From contig JBFMGU010000214.1 of assembly GCA_040752415.1 (NCBI GenBank), forward strand, positions 1 through 17,829: DNA of 17,829 nt, in the 5' to 3' direction. The notes beneath the pieces were generated by a model. The model was not told where the DNA came from. It saw only the letters and a program-made list of their open reading frames with translations, and searched no databases. Shown piece by piece: positions 6,997 through 17,829 of this stretch. Within the stretch, counting starts at the first letter, position 1. The number at the start of each line of letters is the position of its first letter. The position numbers and the translations under genes were made by a program. The stretch comes from Myxococcota bacterium (GTDB lineage Bacteria; Myxococcota; JACRCW01).

Positions 6997-9093
6997 TCAG
7001 TCCACGCAGTACTCCACCGCCAGCGTATGACCCGTCCCCGCGCGCAGCTCCTGGCACGGCGGCCCGTAGACCTCCAGCCCCCGCTCCCCGAGCAGATCCC
7101 AACCCGAGCGACGAGCAGGATCACGCTGCACCACCACGCCATCCAGGCGCACCTGCACCCGCCCCGGATCGTTCGGCGTCGACGACAGCTCGAAGCGGCA
7201 CGCGTGGTTGCGCCGCACAATCGACGCCATGTCCTCCACCAGCTCCTCCGTGCTTTGCGGCCGGTAGTAGCCGTCATCGGCGGAGGCACTGGTTCCGCCG
7301 GCTTGCGCCATTCGCCCCAAGACGTCGCTGGGATCCTCACTGCCAGGAAGACCGATCACGAACGTGCGCACACCGTACTCCGCCAGCGTGGCAATGGAGG
7401 CCAGCGTTCCGTCGTCATCCATGCACAGGCGGCCGTCTCCTCCACACCCCTCCGCGGGACAATGACACGAGTAGGGATCCAGGCCGTGATTGCAGTTGGG
7501 CACGCCGTCGGTGGCCAGGATCACCACGGTGGTCGTCGTCAGACCGGTGTCCGCGAAGTGCTGGTGGACCGCGTGCACGGTGCTTGCCGTTGGCGTCCCA
7601 CCTCCGGGCACCGAGCTGACCAGCGCTTCCTCGATGGCACGTGCGTTCGCCAGGGACATCGGGACCGCCACGCGGCCGGTGTCGCATTGGCCCTGCGCGG
7701 AGTCTCCGCCGGGGAAGAGCGTCAGGCCAAAGGCCGCCTCGTTCTGCAGGTCGCGCGTCACCGCCACCACGCCCCGTACCGCGCTGTCCCACTTGTTCCC
7801 ATCCAACCCGTCCTCCGCCATGGACCCGCTCTTGTCGACGACGAGCATCACCTGCAGCGGAATGGCGCGCTCCACCGGCAGCTCCTCGGTCAGGCACTGT
7901 CCCGTCGGAGGAACACACTCGCCGTCCGCCACCAGCACCGTCTCTCCCGCCGTCACCGGCACCGTGAAGGAGTGATGGTACGCGGCGCGGTCCACCTGAA
8001 CCTCCACCTCCCCGGGGGACAGGCCCGCCAGGTGGAACATTCCCAGCTCGTCGGTGTGATCCAGGAAGGTCACCGCGCCCTGCGTCGTGTGCACCACCGC
8101 GCCGGCAAGCCACCCGCGCGTCACCGGGTCACAGAGCTGACCGCGGATCTGACCGGTTTCCGTCGGGTCGGGCGCCTCGCACGTTGCCTGTGGCTGCACC
8201 CACGAGGTCTCCCCCGACGCCACGGTAGCCGTCAGGTCCATGGATTCCCCGCCGCCGCGCACCATGACGTCGTGGGTGCCGGGGGTGATGCCGTCCAGCA
8301 GGAACTGCCCGTCTATGTCCGTGAGGTCGGAACGCACGTCGCCGTTGGGCAGCTCCACGCTCACCGTGGCCAGCGCCCAGGGGCCCGCGCCGTTGGTGGC
8401 GCACAGCTGCCCGGCAATCACGCCGGTGTTCTCGTCGGGCGGTGTGCAGGAACCCACCTGCAGATGACTGATCTGACCGGACTGCACGTAGATCGGGTAC
8501 GTGCGGGAGAAGTCGCTGCTGCGCAGGTGCAAGAGGTGATCACCGGGCGGGACATCCGCGAACAGGAAGTGCCCCGACGTGTCCGTGTCCGTGATGCGCT
8601 GCGTTCCGTCGGAGAGTGCCAGCGTGGCGTAGCGCGGCGTGGAGCCACGACAGAACGTTCCCTGGATTCCACCCGTCCCCTCGGCAAGCGGGAAGACGAG
8701 GCACGCGGGATCCACGACGTCGACGGTCTGTCCGTCGCGGGTGGCGTAACGGAAGATGGAGTCATGGACCGGGTCACCGCCCACGCGCGCGCGGTGCAGG
8801 ATGCGCACGGTGATCTCCCCGCCTTCCACGCGGAGCAGCTGGGCGTTTCCGTCGTCACCGGTGTCTTGCGACCACTGCTGCGCACCGTTCTCCGCCACCA
8901 GCGTCTGGCCTGCGGCGGGCGCGCCAGTGACGGGATGACACAAGGTGCCCTTCACGGTGACCGGAAGCCGCGTGATGGACGCGTCGCTGCACTGGCAGCT
9001 CCACAGGCCCAGCAGACACGTCGAGGCGAACAACCGGGACCAGGCCTGGACCCGGTGGAAGGGCGGGACCGCGCAGGTCCCCGGGGCGCTCAT
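6997..9093 (-). CDS. Predicted lipoprotein with four carboxypeptidase-regulatory-like beta-sandwich repeats and a C-terminal Cys-rich vWA domain (CglB-like)
   Basis: GGAG SD before ATG 9093; lipobox-like LLGLWSCQC; four G-x-(L/F)-C...TD-x-x-G-x-F...PG...C repeats; MIDAS elements VVDKSGSM, GGGTPT, ILATDGVPNC. Confidence 0.85.
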   Translation of the reverse strand: MSAPGTCAVPPFHRVQAWSRLFASTCLLGLWSCQCSDASITRLPVTVKGTLCHPVTGAPAAGQTLVAENGAQQWSQDTGDDGNAQLLRVEGGEITVRILHRARVGGDPVHDSIFRYATRDGQTVDVVDPACLVFPLAEGTGGIQGTFCRGSTPRYATLALSDGTQRITDTDTSGHFLFADVPPGDHLLHLRSSDFSRTYPIYVQSGQISHLQVGSCTPPDENTGVIAGQLCATNGAGPWALATVSVELPNGDVRSDLTDIDGQFLLDGITPGTHDVMVRGGGESMDLTATVASGETSWVQPQATCEAPDPTETGQIRGQLCDPVTRGWLAGAVVHTTQGAVTFLDHTDELGMFHLAGLSPGEVEVQVDRAAYHHSFTVPVTAGETVLVADGECVPPTGQCLTEELPVERAIPLQVMLVVDKSGSMAEDGLDGNKWDSAVRGVVAVTRDLQNEAAFGLTLFPGGDSAQGQCDTGRVAVPMSLANARAIEEALVSSVPGGGTPTASTVHAVHQHFADTGLTTTTVVILATDGVPNCNHGLDPYSCHCPAEGCGGDGRLCMDDDGTLASIATLAEYGVRTFVIGLPGSEDPSDVLGRMAQAGGTSASADDGYYRPQSTEELVEDMASIVRRNHACRFELSSTPNDPGRVQVRLDGVVVQRDPARRSGWDLLGERGLEVYGPPCQELRAGTGHTLAVEYCVD
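7894..8961 (-). repeat. Four degenerate intragenic protein-level repeats (about 85-95 aa each)
   Basis: Repeat starts VKGTLC, IQGTFC, IAGQLC, IRGQLC; mid motifs TGDDGNA, TDTSGHF, TDIDGQF, TDELGMF; ends DPAC, VGSC, QATC, DGEC. Confidence 0.8.
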
Positions 9094-9164
9094 GGGGATG
9101 CTCCACGACGAGGGTGGACAGCCCCGTATGTAACGGCTTTCAGGACCCCGGTCCGGTGGGAATG

Positions 9165-9563
9165 TCAGTGCAGCTCTTCCCGTGCCATCTCCCGACACGA
9201 CACCACGCATTCGCGGATGGCATCCGCCACGGCGCGCAGCTGAGGATCACCGCTGTCCAGGGACTCCACGCTGTTGGCGCACTCCTCCGCCACCTCCGAC
9301 GTCAACCCGCACGTGCGCGTATGCAACGGCGAGCCGCGCAGCATGAAGTGCGCCGCGGTCTCGCACATCTCCGCGGTGTCCAGGAGCATGCGGATATGTT
9401 CCGGGTTGGCGTGCTTGCCGCCCACCTTCAGGCAGTATTCCACCGCCGCCACGCAGACCGCGTGCGCGTTCACGCAGGCATCAATGCAGCGCTGCATGTC
9501 CGTGCTGATCTGGTGCTGCTCGGTACCGCCGGTGACGGGCTGCTGATGCTCGTAGGTTGTCAT
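9165..9563 (-). CDS. Four-helix bundle copper-binding protein homolog (DUF326 / Csp3 / YhjQ-like), Cys-depleted
   Basis: GGAG SD then ATG 9563 (132 aa). Family-typical stretches MQRCIDAC, CLKVGGKHANPEHIRMLLD, FMLRGSPLH, SCREMA. No Tat signal. Confidence 0.85.
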   Translation of the reverse strand: MTTYEHQQPVTGGTEQHQISTDMQRCIDACVNAHAVCVAAVEYCLKVGGKHANPEHIRMLLDTAEMCETAAHFMLRGSPLHTRTCGLTSEVAEECANSVESLDSGDPQLRAVADAIRECVVSCREMAREELH

Positions 9564-9657
9564 GGTGCGCTCCACACTCCACGGCCGCGTCCGAGGTGAC
9601 GCGACGTCCCAGGGCTCCACAACGGATGTGAAGGACCCCGTGACGCGCAGCAAGTGC

Positions 9658-10350
9658 TCAGGCGCCCAGGCAGAGCTGCGCGGCGGTGCGTCGCACGTAG
9701 GTGGGTTCCAGCGTCGCCAGGTCGTCGCCATGCGGGAAGCGGAGGAGCGCGCACGCGGCCAGCGCGGACATCTTCGGTGGCGCGTGCGGCCAACCCACCC
9801 TCCCCTGCGCCACCAACGCACCGAAGTGCTCGGGGAAGCGCGCCATCCCGTCGCCAGCCCAGACCTTGGGCGCGTGCGGCGCGGCCACCTTCGCGAATTC
9901 CGCAGGCGGCATCACGCTGGGCGGGACCAGCTCGCGCTCGTCGCCAATGGCGTTCGCCCGCTCGAAGATTGCGCCGTAGACCTCACCCTTGCGCGCATCC
10001 AGGCAACACGCCACGCGCTCCCCCGACGACGCACCAGCGCTGTGCAGGAGCGCGTTCATGGTGGGAACGCCGATCAGCGGCTTGCCCCAGCCCATGGCCA
10101 GGCCCTTGAACGTGGACAGCGACGTGCGCAGCCCGGTGAAGGACCCCGGCCCCAGCGCCACCACCAGCGCGTCGTACCCGCCCTCGCTGACGCCCGCCTC
10201 CGCGGAAACGCGGGAGACGAGCTCCAGGATGGCCACGCCGTGCGCCGCCTGGCTCTCGCTCTCTGCCTGGTGGACCTCGTCGCCGCGCACCGCCGCCACG
10301 ACGAGACGGGTGCTCCCGGAGTCCGCGCACAGGAAGACGGGAGCGCTCAC
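9658..10350 (-). CDS. tsaB: tRNA threonylcarbamoyladenosine biosynthesis protein TsaB (YeaZ)
   Basis: LCADSGS, VALGPGSFTGLR, LDARKGEVY, LEPTYVR. The GTG start overlaps the recN stop (GTGA). Confidence 0.92.
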   Translation of the reverse strand: MSAPVFLCADSGSTRLVVAAVRGDEVHQAESESQAAHGVAILELVSRVSAEAGVSEGGYDALVVALGPGSFTGLRTSLSTFKGLAMGWGKPLIGVPTMNALLHSAGASSGERVACCLDARKGEVYGAIFERANAIGDERELVPPSVMPPAEFAKVAAPHAPKVWAGDGMARFPEHFGALVAQGRVGWPHAPPKMSALAACALLRFPHGDDLATLEPTYVRRTAAQLCLGA

Positions 10351-12086
10351 GCGGCCACGCCTCGCGCGTAGCGGAGCATGTCCTTGGCGTGGGTTCGGGT
10401 GGCGTCGGTGATGGTGATGCCGCCCAGCATTCGGGCCAGCTCTTCCACGCGCTCCTGCTGTCCCAGCTTGCGCACGCGGCTGATGGTCCGCCCGTCGTCA
10501 ACGAGCTTCTCGACGACGAGATGGTGATCCGCCTGCGCCGCAATCTGCGCGAGATGCGTGACGCACAACGCTTGGCGCAGCACGGACACGCCGCGGATCT
10601 TGATGCCAATGGCCTCACCCATGGCACCACCCACGCCGGCATCGACCTCGTCAAAGACGTAGACGGGCACGGGGTCCTTCTGCGCCACCACCCGCTTGAG
10701 CGCCAAGAGGACACGGCTGAGCTCACCACCGCTGGCAATCTTGGCAAGCGGCTTCATGTCCTCGCCGGGGTTGGGAGCAATGCGGAACTCCACACGGTCC
10801 ACGCCACGCGCGCCCACCCGACGAGGTGGACCTTCCGGCATCTCCAGGAACAGGTCGCCGGCCTCACCGCGCGTGGGCAGCGGCTCCACGGCAATCTGCA
10901 GCGACGCACGCTCCATCCCAAGGGTGGAAAGCTCCTCGAGCGCGGCATGCGCGAGGCGGATGCCCACCTTCTTGCGCTTCTCGCTGAGGTCCACGCACAG
11001 CTCGGCCAGTCGCTTCTTGGCGGCGGCCAGGTCCTTGTCCAGTTGCTTGGTGCGCTCGTCGCGGTGGGTGATGGAGGAGAGCTCCTTCTCCAGGTCCGCG
11101 GCCTTGCCCGGCAGCGCGTCGGGGAGACAGCCGTGCTTGCGCGCAATCCTCCGCAGGCTCTCCAGGCGCTCCTCCACATTGCTGAGCTTCTCGGGGTCCA
11201 CGTTCAAACGCGCGCCGAACTTCTGCAGCGAGCGGCTGACGTCCTCGATGATGGCCTGCGCGTCGGCGAGCGAGCGGGCCAGCGGGGCGATGGTCTCGTC
11301 GGCGTCGGAGAGCTGGTTGAGGCTGTCCTTCACCGCGCCCACGATCTCCACCGCGGCGTGCTCCCCGCTGTAGAGCGACTCCTCGGCGTGCGCGGCGGCA
11401 ACGCGCAGGCGCTCCGCGTTCGCCAGCTTCTTGCGGTCGCCCAGCAGCTTCTGCTCCTCGCCCGGCTGCGCGGAAAGATCCTTCAGCTCCTTGACGACGA
11501 AGCGCAGGTAGTCCTCCCGTGCAATCAGCTCCTGCTCACCCTGCTTGAGGCGACGCAGCTCCTCGTGGATCTCGCGCGTCTTCTCGAACTGCGTCTGCAC
11601 CTCGTGCCGGAGGGCCTGCAGGCCGCCAAAGCTGTCCAGGAGGTCCTGCTGCGTGTCCGTCTGGAGGAGCCACACGTGCTCATGCTGGCCGGTGATGTCG
11701 ACGAGACCCTCGGTGAGCTGCGCCAGCACCGCGGCGGTGACCAGGGTGCCGTTGACGTAGATCTTGTTGCGGCCGGAGCGGCTGATGATGCGGCGGATGA
11801 GGATCTCCCCGTCCTCGACGGTGATGTCCTGCTCCTTCAGCCGGCCGATCACGCGCTCGTAGATCTCGCCCTCGCCCACCTGCACGGTGGCGCTGACCTC
11901 GGCGGTGTCGGAGCCGTTGCGGATGACGTCGGTGACGGCGCGACCACCGAGCACCAGGTTGAGCGCGCCGATGAGGATGCTCTTGCCGGCGCCGGTCTCA
12001 CCGGTGATGGCCGTCATTCCCGGAGCGAGATCCAGGTCCAGCCGGTCAATGATGGCAAAGTCCTTGATGCAGAGCTGTTTGAGCAC
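10347..12086 (-). CDS. recN: DNA repair protein RecN
   Basis: MLKQLCIKDFAII, Walker A TGETGAGKS, DITGQHEH, long coiled coil, signature ASGGELSR, Walker B FDEVDAGVGG, CVTHLAQIAA, ELARMLGG. Confidence 0.97.
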   Translation of the reverse strand: MLKQLCIKDFAIIDRLDLDLAPGMTAITGETGAGKSILIGALNLVLGGRAVTDVIRNGSDTAEVSATVQVGEGEIYERVIGRLKEQDITVEDGEILIRRIISRSGRNKIYVNGTLVTAAVLAQLTEGLVDITGQHEHVWLLQTDTQQDLLDSFGGLQALRHEVQTQFEKTREIHEELRRLKQGEQELIAREDYLRFVVKELKDLSAQPGEEQKLLGDRKKLANAERLRVAAAHAEESLYSGEHAAVEIVGAVKDSLNQLSDADETIAPLARSLADAQAIIEDVSRSLQKFGARLNVDPEKLSNVEERLESLRRIARKHGCLPDALPGKAADLEKELSSITHRDERTKQLDKDLAAAKKRLAELCVDLSEKRKKVGIRLAHAALEELSTLGMERASLQIAVEPLPTRGEAGDLFLEMPEGPPRRVGARGVDRVEFRIAPNPGEDMKPLAKIASGGELSRVLLALKRVVAQKDPVPVYVFDEVDAGVGGAMGEAIGIKIRGVSVLRQALCVTHLAQIAAQADHHLVVEKLVDDGRTISRVRKLGQQERVEELARMLGGITITDATRTHAKDMLRYARGVAA

Positions 12087-12159
12087 GGCAAACCCCGCGA
12101 ACTTCCGTGGAGGCCGCGCATCCTGCCAAAGGAGTGTGCGTGCGGAAAGTGGAACCGCC

Positions 12160-12711
12160 CTATTTCACGAGGCGGAGGTGCCCGCGACGCGGCGGCGTGG
12201 GGGTGGGCGGGGGCTCAACCGGGGGCGAGGCTTCACTGGGGGAATCCTCCGCCTTTCCGACCTCCGCGGGCTCCTCGTCGGGGGGCGGCGGAGCCAGGCG
12301 CAGGAGGCGCTTGGCGGGACGGGGTTCCTGGGCCTTGGGACGGGGCGCCGGTGGCTGGGAGATGTTCCGCTCCAATTCCGCCAGCACCTCCGCGGGGATG
12401 TCCTCCGGCCACATCAGCGTCTTGCCCGTCCCGTGGCTGCTCATCCCAAACACCGACGTGAACGGCACCACGCACCGGTACGCGCGACCGGAGAACGTCA
12501 GCACCGCCTCCACGCGGTCATCCTTGACCTCCAGCGGACGACCGAACCGGCGCGAGAGGTTGAGCCTCAGGTGCGGGTCCCCGCGCAGGGATTCCGGGAC
12601 GTCCACGCCGGGGGTGCGCGCGTCCAGGTGCAACATGGTCATGCCCTCGTCGAGGAGGGACATGAGCATGTCATGCTTGGACGGGGGCTGGGCGGGGGGA
12701 CGGGGATTCAT
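12160..12711 (-). CDS. sspB: SspB-family ClpXP specificity-enhancing adaptor
   Basis: HLDARTPGVDVP, LRLNLS, LTFSG..YRCVVPF, a Pro/Glu-rich disordered linker, and C-terminal RRGHLRLVK matching the ClpX-binding tail of SspB (E. coli ...LRVVK). Confidence 0.85.
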   Translation of the reverse strand: MNPRPPAQPPSKHDMLMSLLDEGMTMLHLDARTPGVDVPESLRGDPHLRLNLSRRFGRPLEVKDDRVEAVLTFSGRAYRCVVPFTSVFGMSSHGTGKTLMWPEDIPAEVLAELERNISQPPAPRPKAQEPRPAKRLLRLAPPPPDEEPAEVGKAEDSPSEASPPVEPPPTPTPPRRGHLRLVK

Positions 12712-12730
12712 GCGGCCTTCCGGAACGCGC

Positions 12731-12760
12731 AGTGTACGGGTCCGGCAGGGCGCCCGCCAA
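12731..12760 (-). promoter_or_regulatory. Putative sigma70-type promoter for sspB(-recN-tsaB)
   Basis: Minus strand TTGGCG, 18 nt, TACACT, 19 nt upstream of the sspB ATG. Confidence 0.5.
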
Positions 12761-12801
12761 TGGAAACGTGGGCTTGGGCGTGCGTGGGGCGGTGAAGAGG
12801 G

Positions 12802-13404
12802 TCAGGGGGCGTCGAGGATGGCGTCGACGGAGGCGGCGAACCCCGCCATGGAAGGCGAGCTCGCCTGCTGACCCCTGCGGAAACACCCATGCTCCATGTA
12901 GCTACCCCCTTCCAGCCGAAGGACGGTGACGGACTCCGTGAGCGGGTTCACCACCCAGTACTCGCAAAAGCCTGCCCGAGCGTACTCCTCCCGCTTCTCC
13001 ACAGTGTCTCGCTTGGGATCGTCCGCACCCACCACCTCCACGACGAGGTCGGCCCCGTCCCAACACTCGTCGTGGCGCCGTGGATCCGCGCTTGAGAAGA
13101 GCATGACGACGTCGGGCTCGCGCACATGACCAGGCACGGTCCGCACCCGCAGGGGAGAGAAACGCGCCACGCCGCCGCGGGCTCGCACGAAGTCCCTCAG
13201 CAGAACAAAAACTGCTTGCAGGACGGCCTGGTGGCGGTCCGTTGGTGGGTGAAGCACTTCAATGCGGCCGTCCACCAGCTCGACGAGGCGATTGGTGCGG
13301 CTCGTCAGCCAGAGGTAGTCCCGTTCGGACCAGTGACCCTGTTCCGGCAGGAGGGCAACCACCTCGGGCGGCAGCTCTCGGGTGTTCTCGGGGAGGGCAA
13401 CCAT
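12802..13404 (-). CDS. Uma2 (DUF820) family PD-(D/E)XK putative endonuclease
   Basis: ELVDG, PTDRHQ, REPDV, DLVVEVV, DTVEKREEYARAG, EYWVVNP. GGAG SD before ATG 13404. Confidence 0.9.
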   Translation of the reverse strand: MVALPENTRELPPEVVALLPEQGHWSERDYLWLTSRTNRLVELVDGRIEVLHPPTDRHQAVLQAVFVLLRDFVRARGGVARFSPLRVRTVPGHVREPDVVMLFSSADPRRHDECWDGADLVVEVVGADDPKRDTVEKREEYARAGFCEYWVVNPLTESVTVLRLEGGSYMEHGCFRRGQQASSPSMAGFAASVDAILDAP

Positions 13405-13424
13405 GCACAGCTCCAGGATGCCTC

Positions 13425-13453
13425 AGCGTAACGGGGCGCCCCATCAGGGTCGA
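13425..13453 (-). promoter_or_regulatory. Putative sigma70-type promoter for the Uma2 gene
   Basis: Minus strand TCGACC, 17 nt, TACGCT. The spacer contains the palindrome GGGGCGCCCC. Confidence 0.45.
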
Positions 13454-13600
13454 GACGGTGTCGCACAAGTCCGCGATCAGGGTTGACAACCCCGCGCCGG
13501 GCCGAGTGTCGACGAGCGATCCGCGCCGCCACGGAACCCGTTTCCACCGGTTCCCGGCTCAGGTACATGGGCGCTCCGCTCGTCTGCCAGCGGAGGATCC

Positions 13601-17154
<3,554 letters not shown>

Positions 17155-17158
<4 letters not shown>

Positions 17159-17829
17159 GTCAGCTGCTGGCGAAAGCGTCGGGTGGTAGCGCGGTCATCG
17201 TGGCTTCGGTGCTGGGTGATGCGCTGGGACGTGTTGTCGACGGAACCACCGCGCCCACGGCACGCGACCGCGTTGCCGGTGTGGATGCCAATGTCACGTG
17301 GATGAGCCCGCCCTCGTCTGAGAATGACCCGATGCGGGAGGCGCATTCCGGCACGCCCTCCGCCGCCACCATGCGTGCGCTGGCCCTGGTGGAATCCGCG
17401 CTGTTGGGTCCTGATGACGGAGAAGCGCTCGTCGTCGACGCCCTGCGCCGCACGTGCTCCCTCGCCTTCCCGTGGAATGCGCGGACGCCCATGGGCGCCC
17501 TGCTGGGTCCAGCGACGCCACTGCAAGGCGCCGTTCGCGCGTACGCGGAAGCGCGCCCCGCCCTCTCCTGCGCCAGTGAGACCGCCGACGCATCCCTGCT
17601 CACCGCCGCCGCGCTGCTTGGCGCCATCAAGGTGGAGCTGCCTCGCGCCGCGTTGCTGCTCCGCTCCACGACGCGCGATCCCGTCACGCTGTGCGCGTGC
17701 ATGGCGCTGTCCGACGTCATCCGGCAGGCCGTGACCGGGAAGGTGGCCGCCGGGAACCTGGTGAAGATGGCGCGCGAGGCGGAGGAGAAGGCGTTGGATG
17801 TGCTGCGTGGCCTGCCCGGGACGCTCTCG
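17155..17829 (+). CDS. ADP-ribosylglycohydrolase (DraG/ARH)-like protein, 3'-truncated by the window, degenerate active site
   Basis: GTG at 17155 overlaps the dnaE stop (GTGA) and the frame is open for 225 codons to the window end. Manual translation gives MSQLLAKASGGSAVIVASVLGDALGRVVDG...GTPSAATMRALALVES...RSTTRDPVTLCACMAL. GDALG is the ARH N-terminal signature. Confidence 0.7.

Noticed and set aside
9094..9210. Upstream extension of the vWA ORF to 9210
   Set aside because: It overlaps the Csp3-like gene, and ATG 9093 has an SD and lies closer to the lipobox.
9596..9647. Direct repeat GTGACGCG twice upstream of the Csp3-like gene
   Set aside because: Only 8 bp in GC-rich DNA, 44 bp apart, and not matching a copper-regulator operator I can recognise.
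9564..9821. Upstream extension of the Csp3-like ORF to 9821
   Set aside because: It overlaps tsaB in another frame; ATG 9563 has an SD and gives a family-typical length.
12087..12159. Possible SOS/LexA box upstream of recN
   Set aside because: No CTGT-N8-ACAG, GAAC-N4-GTTC or other convincing palindrome was found by eye.
908..12461. Other long antisense ORFs (908-2407, 2515-4734, 4731-6401, 6916-9243, 10389-12461)
   Set aside because: Each mirrors a well-supported gene on the opposite strand and has an Arg/His/Gln/Val-rich composition typical of antisense frames.
17160..17734. Track ORFs 17160-17720 (-), 17294-17593 (-) and 17324-17734 (+)
   Set aside because: These are alternative frames of the better-supported ARH-like ORF starting at 17155.

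Overview
High-GC bacterial chromosomal segment. The SspB-like adaptor, the Cys-rich CglB-like vWA lipoprotein and the overall style suggest Myxococcota or a related deltaproteobacterium (inference). Left to right: the 3' end of an upstream gene; a 35-aa extremely basic peptide (+); a minus-strand moxR AAA+ ATPase / DUF58 / TgpA-like transglutaminase operon; a divergent GH1 beta-glycosidase with a lipoprotein signal (+); a minus-strand run (read right to left) of Uma2 nuclease, sspB-like, recN, tsaB, a Csp3/DUF326-like four-helix bundle, a stalked vWA lipoprotein and a small secreted protein; then dnaE (+), translationally coupled to a partial ORF that is absent from the ORF track and looks like a catalytically degenerate ADP-ribosylglycohydrolase. 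I saw no rRNA, tRNA, CRISPR array or mobile element, and no clear self-contained novel multi-gene system. The best leads are single-gene oddities: the dnaE-coupled pseudo-ARH, the Cys-depleted copper-storage homolog, the stalked CglB-like adhesin, the small basic peptide and the exported GH1. All family calls come from motif recognition by eye; no searches were run.
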